40,213 nt of DNA from a virus (lineage: Duplodnaviria; Caudoviricetes): the IMG/VR virus record IMGVR_UViG_3300029825_000020, positions 1 through 40,213 of that record; one strand, 5' to 3'. The notes under the pieces are model-generated. The model made no database searches. It had not been told where the DNA came from and saw nothing but the letters and a program-made list of their open reading frames with translations. The stretch's first letter is position 1. Every line of letters begins with the position of its first letter. This document shows, in pieces, positions 1 through 10,499 of the stretch. Made by a program: the position numbers and the translations under genes.

Positions 1-98
1 AAGGCTTCCGATACATCCGATTATGTCGATGGAGCCAGGTATTTAAATGGTTCAGTTATGACCAATGACTTGACTTTTTGGGTTTATACCGCCACACC
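1..98. repeat. Terminal direct repeat, copy 1 (circular assembly overlap)
   Basis: Bases 1-98 are identical to 40115-40212; the next base differs (A99 vs G40213). Confidence 0.95.
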
Positions 99-2472
99 AA
101 AAACTGGGACATACACACATTCGGTAATTGACATTAGTAGTGTACCTACAGAGCAAGCGATAAAGGCTGCGTTTAATACCACCACCCCATCGGGAACATA
201 CGTAACCTTTGAGGTTGCCTTGTCAAATGACTCTGGTGTAAATTACGGGGCATGGACGGCATACACCAGCGGTGAATTGGTGGTTGCTGCCGGTGTAGAC
301 AAATCTACAGATCGTCTTAAATGGAGAGCAATTTTATCTACTGTTGTTGATAGTGCCTCACCTAGTCTTGATGATGTTACATTGAGTCTGACTTACGGAA
401 CGGTAGGGGATTGGACATCGCCTGTTTATGATATAAGCAATACACCTGTAACCGCAACCATGACCTATACCAAGGGAACACCTGCTAATACCACTTGCAA
501 TGCGTATGTGCGTGGTAGCGGAAATGGCACGATATTTGGTGATTGGCAGGAGATACTGACAAGTGGTGACCCAATTCCACTACAAAGATATTTGCAAGTT
601 AAAGTGACCCTGACCTCTACCGATTTAACAAGCACACCGACATTTAGTGATTTTGTAATATCCCATAGTACAGGGTACACCGTTGCCAACAAATTAGACA
701 TATCGCCATTGGGCAGGGTAGATAACTTGCTATCCGGTAATAGCGTGTGTTTTTGCAACTATGAAGATTGGTGTTTAACCACCGATGGTTTAAGACCATT
801 CCTATTATATATAACCGATGATACCCAAGAGGTAGATACCGCACAGGCAGGGGGAGCATTAAGTATTACACTAAAGGCGGGGGCAAGTGCGGTAAATAAT
901 TTCTATAACAATGCCTTCATAACCATCACGGGTGGCACAGGAGAAGGGCAGACAAGATGGATAAGCGGATATGTAGGAGCAACCAAGGTAGCAACTGTAT
1001 CGGCGGCATGGGACACTCAACCCGATGCAACCACCACTTATTCCATAGGTTCTGCAATTAAGGTTAGGAATTTAGGCGTAGACCCCCCTGAGACTGCCCC
1101 TAGCGGTGTAGCTGGTGATTCAGGTAATCCCAATGGCGCATATAAACTAATGGTAACATACGTCAACGCAGACGGTGTGGAGAGCAATCCTAGCCCTGCC
1201 AGTGAATTAGTGACCGTATCCGGCAAGATGATAGTGTGGACTATACCAACCGATTCAAGTACGGGCAATACAACGGCAAAGCGAAGGTTATACAGGACAG
1301 CAGCGGGTGGTGCGGTATATAAGTATTTGAAAGAGGTAGCGAATAATACTTCCGCTACATACATCGATAATCGCTCTGACGCAGCATTGGGCAGTTTGAT
1401 GCTCGATAATAATAATGTCCCACCTTCGACTTGTTCACTTATATTTACATTTACCTCTTATGTTTTCTATGTCACGGAGCATTATTATGTGAGGTTCAGC
1501 AAGGCGGGTGCGCCTGACCAATGCCCCTATACCGAGTATGATATACAGGAGATAGCATTTCCCGATGAAGTAACCGATATGCGGTCAAGCCCTATTGCGT
1601 TGATATTCGGTGGAGAAAACTTCTTGGCCTCCGTTACAAGTAACGGGGGGTTTATATTCGATTCAGACCCGACAATAGACACCACCACCATGAAGATAGT
1701 AGACACACATGGAGGGTTGAGTTATAGGGCAAGTGCCATGTGTACGTCGCCTAACTTAAAGTCAACGCTAGTGGTCAATACCAATGTCGGATTACGCAGT
1801 ATCATACCTGGATTACAGGATAATTCGGTGGAGTCTGTTCCTTTTAGTAAGAATATGCAGAAGTATTATGACAGGAGTATAAACAGGGAACAGGCGGCAG
1901 CGGTATTCTACAACAATTACTATATCTACTCCTTTGAGTACATGGCAGAGGACGCATCAGAGAGCGAATATTTAACCTTTGCCTATGACTTTAGGACTGA
2001 ACAATGGAATGGGCCGTGGACGTTTGGAATGAGTGCCTACACCATACAGGGGAATGACCTGTACGCAGGGGATACCGCTAACGGCAAAGTGTATAAGATG
2101 TTCACGGGTAATACAGATGCAGGATCGGCAATAGTGATGGAGTGCGATATGCCAATGAGAGCACCAGGTAGTGAAGCCGGAACCTGTAAATTCAAGCGGC
2201 TCATGGGGATAATCCACGGTGACAGCACGACCACGGACACACTGATAAAGCCCAAGGTGGACGAGGCCGAGTGCATTATCCCGCTGGGACCCCTTGCGAC
2301 CACATTCACAGGTGACAAGCGGCCGGGACACGATTTTATCCGCACCCGAAAATACGGGATCGGCCTACCGAGAGGGCATACCTATTCTTTGCGGATAGTG
2401 GATGATAGTGTGAATCCGCTGAGAGTAATGAAGATAATCACGGAATACGAAGTACTACCGTTACGAAATTAG
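1..2472 (+). CDS. C-terminal part of podovirus tail nozzle/stabilisation-type protein (full gene 39281..40114 + 1..2472, about 1101 aa)
   Basis: The frame is open from base 1 and in frame with the ORF at 39281. It follows the adaptor gene and has a beta-rich, propeller-like C-terminus (AAAVFYNNYYIYS, TFAYDFRTEQW, LYAGD, KFKRL) with Thr/Ser-rich inserted modules. Confidence 0.7.
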   Translation, partial: KASDTSDYVDGARYLNGSVMTNDLTFWVYTATPKTGTYTHSVIDISSVPTEQAIKAAFNTTTPSGTYVTFEVALSNDSGVNYGAWTAYTSGELVVAAGVDKSTDRLKWRAILSTVVDSASPSLDDVTLSLTYGTVGDWTSPVYDISNTPVTATMTYTKGTPANTTCNAYVRGSGNGTIFGDWQEILTSGDPIPLQRYLQVKVTLTSTDLTSTPTFSDFVISHSTGYTVANKLDISPLGRVDNLLSGNSVCFCNYEDWCLTTDGLRPFLLYITDDTQEVDTAQAGGALSITLKAGASAVNNFYNNAFITITGGTGEGQTRWISGYVGATKVATVSAAWDTQPDATTTYSIGSAIKVRNLGVDPPETAPSGVAGDSGNPNGAYKLMVTYVNADGVESNPSPASELVTVSGKMIVWTIPTDSSTGNTTAKRRLYRTAAGGAVYKYLKEVANNTSATYIDNRSDAALGSLMLDNNNVPPSTCSLIFTFTSYVFYVTEHYYVRFSKAGAPDQCPYTEYDIQEIAFPDEVTDMRSSPIALIFGGENFLASVTSNGGFIFDSDPTIDTTTMKIVDTHGGLSYRASAMCTSPNLKSTLVVNTNVGLRSIIPGLQDNSVESVPFSKNMQKYYDRSINREQAAAVFYNNYYIYSFEYMAEDASESEYLTFAYDFRTEQWNGPWTFGMSAYTIQGNDLYAGDTANGKVYKMFTGNTDAGSAIVMECDMPMRAPGSEAGTCKFKRLMGIIHGDSTTTDTLIKPKVDEAECIIPLGPLATTFTGDKRPGHDFIRTRKYGIGLPRGHTYSLRIVDDSVNPLRVMKIITEYEVLPLRN

Positions 2473-2483
2473 GGGGTGACACA

Positions 2484-3878
2484 TTGGCTAATTCGGAAAC
2501 AAAGGATTTATATGAGATTGGTGGAGCCTACTACTATGATGACATAGGTACGAAAAGAGCAAGTGCAGATGACCAAGCGGCATATCTTATTGGACAAGCA
2601 ACAAGTGACCCTGCTAATACCACACTGGCAGATATGGGCTATGCAAATCCGCAAGGTGGTTGGGCAGGCACAGACACAAGCAGCACAGGCAATGGCCTTA
2701 TTTATAGTAATGATTATAGTAATAATGATGACTATACTCCCATGGGTGATACAAGGTCTAAATATGGAAACACCGAATGGACAGGGATGGGAAACCTGTA
2801 TAATCTTCCCGATGGTTCTAAACTGAGATATGACGGTAGTACGGTAGGACTCATATCTGCTCTTAATAAATATTACGGTGAGGGTGGTTGGAGCGATGGC
2901 AAGACACCCGATTCTTTCCCTAAGTTAAGCACTAGACCGGGATCAGGGCAAGTGCCTAAGTCACCGGGACTATACAAGGACCCCAACGACGGCTTGACCT
3001 ACGGCTATACCCTGGACAAGAGCGGCAATAGAGTGTGGGGTTCAGCTGGGAACGAATGGGCTTATCCCGAAGATATGAGTGGTGGTGACGCTATGACTTG
3101 GAATCAAGCACTTGCCCGTGCGGGTGGACAATTAAACCCTGTCTATGATACTCAGAGGGATAGACAAGAGGTTGCCGCATCACAGAACAGGGAAATGCTA
3201 CCTCAACTAATGGCAGCTAGATACGGCATGAGTGGTACTAAGGGTGGTAGGATAGGTTCTCAAATAACCAAATCCGTCCAAGCAGAAGGTTCAGCCATCA
3301 ATGCCATTGAGGGAGAGCGCACTAGAGGCATCAATGAATTAGCACAAGGACTGTATGAGCAGGACCAGGCAAGAGTTGAACGGCAATTAGCATTGCAAGC
3401 CGAGCAAGAACGGATAGCACAAGGATGGGCGCAGATAAACAATGCCCAAGCCAATGCAGAGGCAGACCGCAAGATGGCGTATGACTTCCGTTACCTTGAT
3501 GAAGAACGGTTCTTAAAGACCTACGGATTAAGTAAAGAACAATTCGCCTATGAGAAGATGACGGGTGACAGGGCATTTAATGAAGGTGTGCGCCAGTTCG
3601 ATACTTCATTGGATTGGGAGAAACAACAGTACGCAGATGATATGGCATATAAGCAAGCAGCATTAACAGCAAGTGGTAGCGGTGGTACTGGTGGTACAGG
3701 TGGTAGTGGTGGTGGAGATTTGACCGCCAATCAAGCTGACCAATCCCAACAAGCAGCAACTAAATGGGTAACTGAGCGAGTGAATAATGACCCTAGGTTA
3801 TTACCCGATGGCTCTAATTATTGGGTGCTTGCTGATGCTTGGAAAAATATGTATGTGCAAATGACTTATGGTAAGTAA
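2484..3878 (+). CDS. Putative internal virion/ejection protein, 464 aa
   Basis: Located between the nozzle and the large polyvalent protein. Gly/Ala/Gln-rich with a coiled-coil C-half (QQYADDMAYKQA, RQFD). TTG start after GGGGTG. Confidence 0.55.
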   Translation: MANSETKDLYEIGGAYYYDDIGTKRASADDQAAYLIGQATSDPANTTLADMGYANPQGGWAGTDTSSTGNGLIYSNDYSNNDDYTPMGDTRSKYGNTEWTGMGNLYNLPDGSKLRYDGSTVGLISALNKYYGEGGWSDGKTPDSFPKLSTRPGSGQVPKSPGLYKDPNDGLTYGYTLDKSGNRVWGSAGNEWAYPEDMSGGDAMTWNQALARAGGQLNPVYDTQRDRQEVAASQNREMLPQLMAARYGMSGTKGGRIGSQITKSVQAEGSAINAIEGERTRGINELAQGLYEQDQARVERQLALQAEQERIAQGWAQINNAQANAEADRKMAYDFRYLDEERFLKTYGLSKEQFAYEKMTGDRAFNEGVRQFDTSLDWEKQQYADDMAYKQAALTASGSGGTGGTGGSGGGDLTANQADQSQQAATKWVTERVNNDPRLLPDGSNYWVLADAWKNMYVQMTYGK

Positions 3879-3890
3879 GGGGGTGGGATA

Positions 3891-6800
3891 ATGGCTATCC
3901 CTTCATGGGCAAGAGAATATATGCAACAGTCTATAGACAATGGGAGCATGGATTATAACAATCTTGGAAGTGAAGCAAAGAAAATTCTCACCCCTAATAA
4001 AGAAATAGAGGAAGAAAAGAAAAAGCGTGAAGCGGTTGCGAAATTAAATGAAACATTAGGTAGTGCAACCCGCAACGCACGGAAGATTAGTAATGGTGTA
4101 GACCCGTTGCTTGCCAATGTTCCTAGGACAGTAGGTGAAAACCTATTCCTGACCAATGTAATGCCCATTAAGAGTGATGACAATATCGCCAAGAAAGCAG
4201 GGAAGGGTGCAGTAAACGCTATTGCTAGCACCCTCGTTGCCCCTGGTGAAGCTGCACGAAAAGGGGCATTGACCCTTGACAGTTTAGTAAGGGGTAAGGG
4301 ATTACCTTCTTTGCCCAAGAACACCACATTTGCCAAGGATATATTGCCCCAACAGGCATCTAGTAAACTAAGTGCATTTGAGCAAAGTAATCCGTTGGTG
4401 GGTGGTTTGGTGAACATGGGTATAGATATTGCCTTTGACCCAACCACTTATATCGGCATGGGTGGAGCGAAGTCTGTATTTTTGCCCAAAGATAAAATGT
4501 TGCCACCCATGCCCCCTAAGGTAAAGGGCAGTCCTATTCCTAAAGTAGCAGATGACCTTGATGTAATCCCCGATGATCCTGGTGAGTTCGCAATGTTTGA
4601 TTTGCAGTCACCAAAAGCAGAACATAAGGGATTAGAAAAATGGATACAAGGCAACAAGATAGCAAGCGATGAAGCTATACGGCAACAGCAACCCGCATAT
4701 ACTAGATTAAATCCATATCTGACACCAGACAACATGGGTAAAAATCCTGTTCATACCAAGACTAATCCTGTTCCTATAACACCAGAACAGATAGCAATTA
4801 ATAAGGCGAAGTTACAACAACCTACGTTAAACCGTAATGTTGATATGTCCACCTTACCGAATAAATATCCTTTGCCCCCAAGTGCAGATGATCTTATACA
4901 AGGGGCATGGGATAACTTGACACCAATACAACAAGCAGCACGGACACAAAAGATAGCAGTTGATAAAATTGCTACTGAGAATGTCGGCAAGCTGACACCC
5001 GAACAGGAAATAAGAAGTCTTGCTAAACAGCAAAAGACCATCGTTGAAAGAATCTTGCAAGCTGAAAAAGAAGCAAGGGCAAATGTTGATGCAAGAAACG
5101 CCGCCTATTCTGATCCGCAAGCACTTCATGCCAAGGCTCGTGACCCATTAGAAGATTTAAGGGACTTGACCATCATAGCAGCAGGGAAGGTAGTCAGAAC
5201 AGGCATAACCTTTAAGCAATTCGCTGATGAGATGATACAGCAATATGGTAAGGGAATAGAACCAAACCTTGCTGCATTATGGCACAGGGGGGTGGAATTA
5301 TCCAAGTCTGGACAGACCACCATAAAATACAACGGCAAGACGCTTGCTGTAACGCTTGATAATAGCACACCTAATACTGTTAATCCTGTTCCAGTAGTAA
5401 ACGCTTCACAGGGCATCACAGGTGGCAATACATCGAATGTGGCAGGAATCCGCAAGCATATTGAGAATACCAAGAAGGCAACTAAATATGATGGTAATGA
5501 ACCGGCAAGACAAGCGAGAATAGCGGAGTTAGAGGCGCAATTAACAGAGGCAGAAACAGGGTGGAAACCTGGGCAACCTCTACCCCAAGCATCTAATGAA
5601 GTGGTGATGTCCGTTGATAAGGGCAAGGGAATAAAAGATGCGGTATCAGAGGGGTACCATAAAATCTATACTAAATGGTTTAACGATCAACACGGTTATA
5701 GGGATTTCACCAACGAAACAGATTCCAATATTGGCAAGATGGCTATGAACACCAAGAATGTGCAGGGTGTCGTTGATTACAACCTTACTGAAAAACTTGT
5801 CGATAAGAACGGTAAGGTTATAGGTAAATCCCTGCAAGAGATAGCAGAGTTGATACCTAAAGGGCAAGAAACTACCTTTTGGAATTATTTTGCACATAGC
5901 CACAATATTGACCGTGCAGCTAGGGGCAAGAGGGTAATAGGTAATTATAGTTCCGATATGTCCAAGCAAGCAGTAGACGAATTTGATGTTGACTTCCCTG
6001 GGTTTAAGCCAATTAAGGAAGAATTGGTTAAATGGCTTCAAGATTTTATGGATACTTGGGGTGTTAAGACAGGGATAGTAGATGAAGATGTGTTCTCCCA
6101 ATTAAAGCAAGTGTATAAGTCATATTTCCCCACACAACGGCATTTGACCGATGATGTGATGGATAAACTTGACGAAATGGATACCATTATACACCCTGAT
6201 ATAGCGAAGAAGTTTGCCAACCAAAAGACACCCATTGATACAGCAACCGGCTCTAGTGAGAACATTAAGAATCCCATTGAGAACATCATGCAACTTGTTG
6301 ACCGTACCATACGGACAGCCAAATACAATGAGGTTGGGCAGGAATTATTAAAACAGATACGCACCAATCCCGAAAAAGCAGGTAGATTCGCACAGATACT
6401 GCCCAACGGTAAGGGATTCACCATTACCCCCGACATTGTGACAGTGTTAGAGAATGGCAAACCTACTTATGTAAAGATAAAAGACCCTGCGTTATTAGAT
6501 GCCATGTTAGGTTTACCGCAATCAGTCAATGATGTGAAGTATATAACCACATTAACGCAAGGTGTCAAGGGATTAATAACACAAAAGAATCCAATCTTTG
6601 CCGTTAGGAATACCGCCAGAGATGTTTTCACCGCATACGCCTACGGTAGTGAGTCTAATCCCTTGAAGTTCGTTAGGGGTTTAGGTAAGGCGTATGGTGA
6701 CATAGCAACCGATAGTGCCAAATACCAGAAGTATCGTTCGGTAGGTGGAGGGCAATCAAACTATTTCAAGAGCGATAAAGCAGCTGTTAGGGCAGATGAA

Positions 6801-8114
6801 TTAGTCAACCCTGGTAAAAGAGATGCAGCAGTCAAAGCGTTATCTAAATTGGTGGGTGACGGTCTGCCAGGTAGAGCAGTAACCAAGACAGCGAATGTAG
6901 CTATGCACCCGCTTAAATCAATAGAGGGTTTTAATAATATCATGGAAACTGCACCCAGGCTAGCTGAGTTCAATAGGGTGCTAGACAGGACGGGTGATGT
7001 CACGGAGGCACTCCACGCATCCGGAGAGGTTACAGTCAACTTCGCAAGGGGTGGTAATAATGCCAAGGCAGTAGACAAGTGGGGCGGTATGTATGTCAAC
7101 GCATCTTTTCAAGGTTTAGATAGGTTTGTGAGAGCGTTTAAGAGTCCCAAGGCGGCATTGACCACACTAGCAAGAGCAGGGGTAGCAGTAACTGCACCAG
7201 ACATAGCGTTATACTTTGTCAACCAGGATAACCCTCATTACAATGCGATAGACAACCGTAACAAAGATGCTTACTGGTTGATACCCGACCTACATGACAA
7301 AGACGAGAACGGTTACGCTAAAACATTCCACAAGATACCGAAGTCTAGGGAATTAGGCGTACTGTTCGGGGCATTGTTTGATAGAACCATGAGAGCAAGC
7401 AAGGGAGAAGAAGATGCTTTCAAAGGATTTGGCAACTCCGTAAAAACAAACTTCCTTCCCGCCAACCCGGTTGAGAGTAGTCTTTATACACCGTGGCTTG
7501 CATTAAAAACCAACAAAGACTTTGCGGATAGGCCGATAGTTCCCCAGAGTTTACAGGATGGTAGTAGTAAGTATCTGCAATACGATGACAAAACTTCAAA
7601 GATAGCCAAGGCAATAGGGGAATATAGCAACAAAGTAATAGACGGTGGCATATCACCCAAGCAGATTGACTACCTTATTAAGTCCTATACTGGTGTGGTA
7701 GGGCAAGTGGTGTTGCCGATGAATGTTCCTGGCGGTAGTCCTGCCAAGGCAGTAAAACAACAGTTCAAGGTTGACCCATTATACAGTAATCAAGCAACAG
7801 GCGATTTCTACGAGAAATTAAATGAATTGACAAGGATCGCCAAGGATAAAAACAAGATAGAGAATATCCCAAGCAAGAAGGTAACACCAGAAGAAGATAT
7901 TAAAAATTCAATGTCTGGTATTAGTCAAGCAATAGGTAGAGGCACAAAAGAGATAAATAGACTTAACGCAAGTAGTGGCCCCGATAAAGATGCCAAGATT
8001 CGGGCAATCAAGCAACAGATAGTCGATCTAAGTAAGAGGGCAGTAGACACCAAAAATGCCAAAGAAATGAACCGGATAGAATCTGAGGCAAAAAAAATAT
8101 TCAAAGATAAGTAG
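3891..8114 (+). CDS. Large polyvalent/ejection protein with C-terminal LPD38-like domain, 1407 aa
   Basis: C-terminal motifs VTVNFARGG, YVNASFQGLDRF, KIPKSRELGVLF, NKDFADRPIVP and ISPKQIDYLIKSYTG. It is the last structural gene before lysis. Confidence 0.75.
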   Translation: MAIPSWAREYMQQSIDNGSMDYNNLGSEAKKILTPNKEIEEEKKKREAVAKLNETLGSATRNARKISNGVDPLLANVPRTVGENLFLTNVMPIKSDDNIAKKAGKGAVNAIASTLVAPGEAARKGALTLDSLVRGKGLPSLPKNTTFAKDILPQQASSKLSAFEQSNPLVGGLVNMGIDIAFDPTTYIGMGGAKSVFLPKDKMLPPMPPKVKGSPIPKVADDLDVIPDDPGEFAMFDLQSPKAEHKGLEKWIQGNKIASDEAIRQQQPAYTRLNPYLTPDNMGKNPVHTKTNPVPITPEQIAINKAKLQQPTLNRNVDMSTLPNKYPLPPSADDLIQGAWDNLTPIQQAARTQKIAVDKIATENVGKLTPEQEIRSLAKQQKTIVERILQAEKEARANVDARNAAYSDPQALHAKARDPLEDLRDLTIIAAGKVVRTGITFKQFADEMIQQYGKGIEPNLAALWHRGVELSKSGQTTIKYNGKTLAVTLDNSTPNTVNPVPVVNASQGITGGNTSNVAGIRKHIENTKKATKYDGNEPARQARIAELEAQLTEAETGWKPGQPLPQASNEVVMSVDKGKGIKDAVSEGYHKIYTKWFNDQHGYRDFTNETDSNIGKMAMNTKNVQGVVDYNLTEKLVDKNGKVIGKSLQEIAELIPKGQETTFWNYFAHSHNIDRAARGKRVIGNYSSDMSKQAVDEFDVDFPGFKPIKEELVKWLQDFMDTWGVKTGIVDEDVFSQLKQVYKSYFPTQRHLTDDVMDKLDEMDTIIHPDIAKKFANQKTPIDTATGSSENIKNPIENIMQLVDRTIRTAKYNEVGQELLKQIRTNPEKAGRFAQILPNGKGFTITPDIVTVLENGKPTYVKIKDPALLDAMLGLPQSVNDVKYITTLTQGVKGLITQKNPIFAVRNTARDVFTAYAYGSESNPLKFVRGLGKAYGDIATDSAKYQKYRSVGGGQSNYFKSDKAAVRADELVNPGKRDAAVKALSKLVGDGLPGRAVTKTANVAMHPLKSIEGFNNIMETAPRLAEFNRVLDRTGDVTEALHASGEVTVNFARGGNNAKAVDKWGGMYVNASFQGLDRFVRAFKSPKAALTTLARAGVAVTAPDIALYFVNQDNPHYNAIDNRNKDAYWLIPDLHDKDENGYAKTFHKIPKSRELGVLFGALFDRTMRASKGEEDAFKGFGNSVKTNFLPANPVESSLYTPWLALKTNKDFADRPIVPQSLQDGSSKYLQYDDKTSKIAKAIGEYSNKVIDGGISPKQIDYLIKSYTGVVGQVVLPMNVPGGSPAKAVKQQFKVDPLYSNQATGDFYEKLNELTRIAKDKNKIENIPSKKVTPEEDIKNSMSGISQAIGRGTKEINRLNASSGPDKDAKIRAIKQQIVDLSKRAVDTKNAKEMNRIESEAKKIFKDK

Positions 8115-8132
8115 TTTTATTGGGGGTGCATA

Positions 8133-8348
8133 ATGGAGAGTTGCGTTTTCCATGATGATATAAAGGAAACGGTACAGAATCATGAGGTGCGGATACAGCA
8201 TTTAGAGGTGGTAGAAGCAGAGTTTGGTGCAGATATGAAAGCAATCTGCAACAGACTTGATGATCTGATTACAGTAATTAAGTTTTCGATAGGCACTTTC
8301 ATTGGAGGTTTGGCTTGTTTCGCCGCTTTCCTTGAGGTGTATAAGTGA
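8133..8348 (+). CDS. XhlA-like small membrane protein (holin-like)
   Basis: N-terminal coiled coil (NHEVRIQHLE) plus one C-terminal hydrophobic helix; first gene of the lysis block. Confidence 0.65.
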   Translation: MESCVFHDDIKETVQNHEVRIQHLEVVEAEFGADMKAICNRLDDLITVIKFSIGTFIGGLACFAAFLEVYK

Positions 8349-8358
8349 GGGGGATTTT

Positions 8359-9336
8359 ATGGATGTGAAGTTTGGGGCAATACAGTCACCACCGGATTAT
8401 AGGGACTACCTTTATCGGGCTATTTTTAGGGCAGAACCGTTGCCAAGGAAGTATAGCCGTAAGGCACAGATGGGCGCCATGAGGGATCAAGGTGAGTATG
8501 GAAGCTGCGTAGGTTTTGCCGGGGCGGCAGTCAAGGATTGTCACGAGAGAATCGTAACCAGTCCTCTTTATCTGTACAAGAAATGTAAGGAGCAGGACGG
8601 GATACCTAAAACCGAGGGCACTTATCCCCGCATAGCTATGGCGGCGCTTAAAAATAGCGGGATTTGCCCGGAGGCTGATTTTCCTTACAGCATGATGAAC
8701 TGGCCGACCATGCCCCAAGTACCAGCCAAGGCAGAAGCGGCCGCCGCCGAGTATAAGATAGGGGCATACGCAAGGGTTTCAACCTTGGACGAGGTTAAAC
8801 AGAGTGTTTATCGGGATGGACCCGTATTGGGCGCCCTGTTGGTCTGTGACAGCTTTGTTGATGCCAACGATGGATTTATACCTATTCCCGGCGAAAACGG
8901 GCAACGGGACTACATCAGGGGCGGCCACGCTATCACAGTGGTGGGATTTAATGATGATTTGACTCATGGCAAGCACAAGGGGTATCTGGAGGTCAAAAAC
9001 AGTTGGGGGACGGACTGGGGCCAAGACGGTTACTGCTGGATACCTTATGACTTTTTCAATTTTGTGCAGGATGGGAACGTCCAAATGACCTACTGGTTTG
9101 AATCCTGGACCAGCGTTGACATCATCACGCCTCCTACCGCATGTAAAGAGGGTTATCTATGGATAGACAAGAACATTGCCGTGCTGGACGGCAAAGAGGT
9201 TATGCTTGACCAAGCGCCGACGATAAACCCCAAGACTGACCGCACTTTGGTGCCGATGCGATTCATGGCAGAGCATATGGGATATACGGTGCATTGGGAT
9301 GGTGGGTTGAATCAAATCCATTTCTTTAGGAGTTGA
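8359..9336 (+). CDS. Papain-like (C1 family) cysteine peptidase with C-terminal copper-amine-oxidase-N/stalk domain
   Basis: Catalytic motifs DQGEYGSCVGFA (Cys), GGHAITVVG (His) and VKNSWGTDWG (Asn); C-terminus LDQAPTI..RTLVPMRFMAEHMGYTVHWD. ATG 8359 after GAGGGGG is preferred to the track start at 8302. Confidence 0.9.
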   Translation: MDVKFGAIQSPPDYRDYLYRAIFRAEPLPRKYSRKAQMGAMRDQGEYGSCVGFAGAAVKDCHERIVTSPLYLYKKCKEQDGIPKTEGTYPRIAMAALKNSGICPEADFPYSMMNWPTMPQVPAKAEAAAAEYKIGAYARVSTLDEVKQSVYRDGPVLGALLVCDSFVDANDGFIPIPGENGQRDYIRGGHAITVVGFNDDLTHGKHKGYLEVKNSWGTDWGQDGYCWIPYDFFNFVQDGNVQMTYWFESWTSVDIITPPTACKEGYLWIDKNIAVLDGKEVMLDQAPTINPKTDRTLVPMRFMAEHMGYTVHWDGGLNQIHFFRS

Positions 9337-9340
9337 GTTT

Positions 9341-9715
9341 ATGAACGATACAGTAAGCAAGATACTGTCTCAGGACAGGAGCCAGAAATGGTTTTTCATT
9401 ATAGCGGGTACGGTATTTTCAGGATTAGCGGCATACCTATTCCTGTTTAGGAGTGGTATCCCTGCTCAGTTAGAGCAAATGTGGTTTGCGGTGATGGCTT
9501 TTATAGCAGCAGGTTTCGCCAAGGGAGTGAACACAGCCGAAAAGATTTTGAATAAAGACCTTGACGGTGACGGTGACATAGGGATAGATAATCCTATTGC
9601 CCCAACTATCGAGCAATCCTCGGTAGTTGCACAAGTCACACCAGTACAGGAGGTGATCGAGATTGACCCTGAAGATGATCCCAGCAAATATAACCTTCTC
9701 CAAACCCCTGTATAA
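9341..9715 (+). CDS. Two-TM membrane protein (holin-like) with DLDGDGDIG calcium-binding-like loop
   Basis: Two hydrophobic helices, a DxDxDG motif and an acidic tail; sits directly before the amidase. Confidence 0.55.
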   Translation: MNDTVSKILSQDRSQKWFFIIAGTVFSGLAAYLFLFRSGIPAQLEQMWFAVMAFIAAGFAKGVNTAEKILNKDLDGDGDIGIDNPIAPTIEQSSVVAQVTPVQEVIEIDPEDDPSKYNLLQTPV

Positions 9716-10244
9716 TCGCAAGGCAACCAATCGAATAGTAGTGCATCATAGTGTATCTGACCCCATGACATCAGCAGAAACCATACACCAATGGCATCTT
9801 GATAAAGGTTGGAGTGGTATCGGTTATCATTATGTAATCCGTAGTGACGGTTCGATACAGACAGGTAGGGGGATAGACTATCAGGGCGCACATACCTATA
9901 ACTACAATGACGATGGCATAGGAATATGTTTATCGGGTAACTTTATGTATTCCCCGCCGACTGAGTTACAACTACAAAGTCTGGTGGAGTTAGTTAGATA
10001 CATCAAGGGTGTCTACAAAAAGGAATTGTTACTGCAAAGGCACAAAGACTTAAATCCTACCGCTTGTCCAGGTGATATGTTCCCAATGGACAGAGTGTTG
10101 CAAATGCTGTCCGAACCTATACCCAATAATACCTTAATACAGAGGGCATTGGATAACAAACTGATAACACAGTCACATGACATTAAGGAACCGGCAACCA
10201 AGGAGTTTGTATTACAAGTAGGGTTAAATATTATAGGAAAGTAG
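9663..10244 (+). CDS. Endolysin, N-acetylmuramoyl-L-alanine amidase (Amidase_2/T7 lysozyme-like)
   Basis: Motifs IVVHHS, IGYHYVI, GAHT..N..GIGICL.GNF and HKDLNPTACPG. GGAGGTG lies upstream of the TTG. Confidence 0.92.
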   Translation: MTLKMIPANITFSKPLYNRKATNRIVVHHSVSDPMTSAETIHQWHLDKGWSGIGYHYVIRSDGSIQTGRGIDYQGAHTYNYNDDGIGICLSGNFMYSPPTELQLQSLVELVRYIKGVYKKELLLQRHKDLNPTACPGDMFPMDRVLQMLSEPIPNNTLIQRALDNKLITQSHDIKEPATKEFVLQVGLNIIGK

Positions 10245-10253
10245 GTAGATATA

Positions 10254-10499
10254 ATGGAGAGCAACAAAACATCACAGGTGATAACCGCAATCGTGGCAGT
10301 ATTGACTTCGCTCAATGTATTGGTTTTCAACCTAACCGGATTCACCCCGTTCCAAGAAGGACAGATTCTACTCATTGTCAATGGATTCTCAGCCTTAGTG
10401 ATAGTTCTTGGATATTGGTGGACAACATACCGTAATGCCAAGCTAGAAACTGAATTGGCAGAGGTAAAAACTGAGTTAATTCGGGCGAAAATAGACTAA
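10254..10499 (+). CDS. Holin (two TM helices, SPP1-holin-like)
   Basis: Two hydrophobic segments followed by WWTTYRN; adjacent to the endolysin. Confidence 0.7.
   Translation: MESNKTSQVITAIVAVLTSLNVLVFNLTGFTPFQEGQILLIVNGFSALVIVLGYWWTTYRNAKLETELAEVKTELIRAKID

Noticed and set aside
1-98. Terminal repeat as a biological direct terminal repeat
   Set aside because: It falls inside a gene and its length is typical of an assembler k-mer overlap.
465-7656. Antisense and nested ORFs of the track here and elsewhere (for example 26421-26975, 24257-24670, 16121-16492)
   Set aside because: They are shadows of longer genes or of the tRNA, with no RBS or recognisable motifs.
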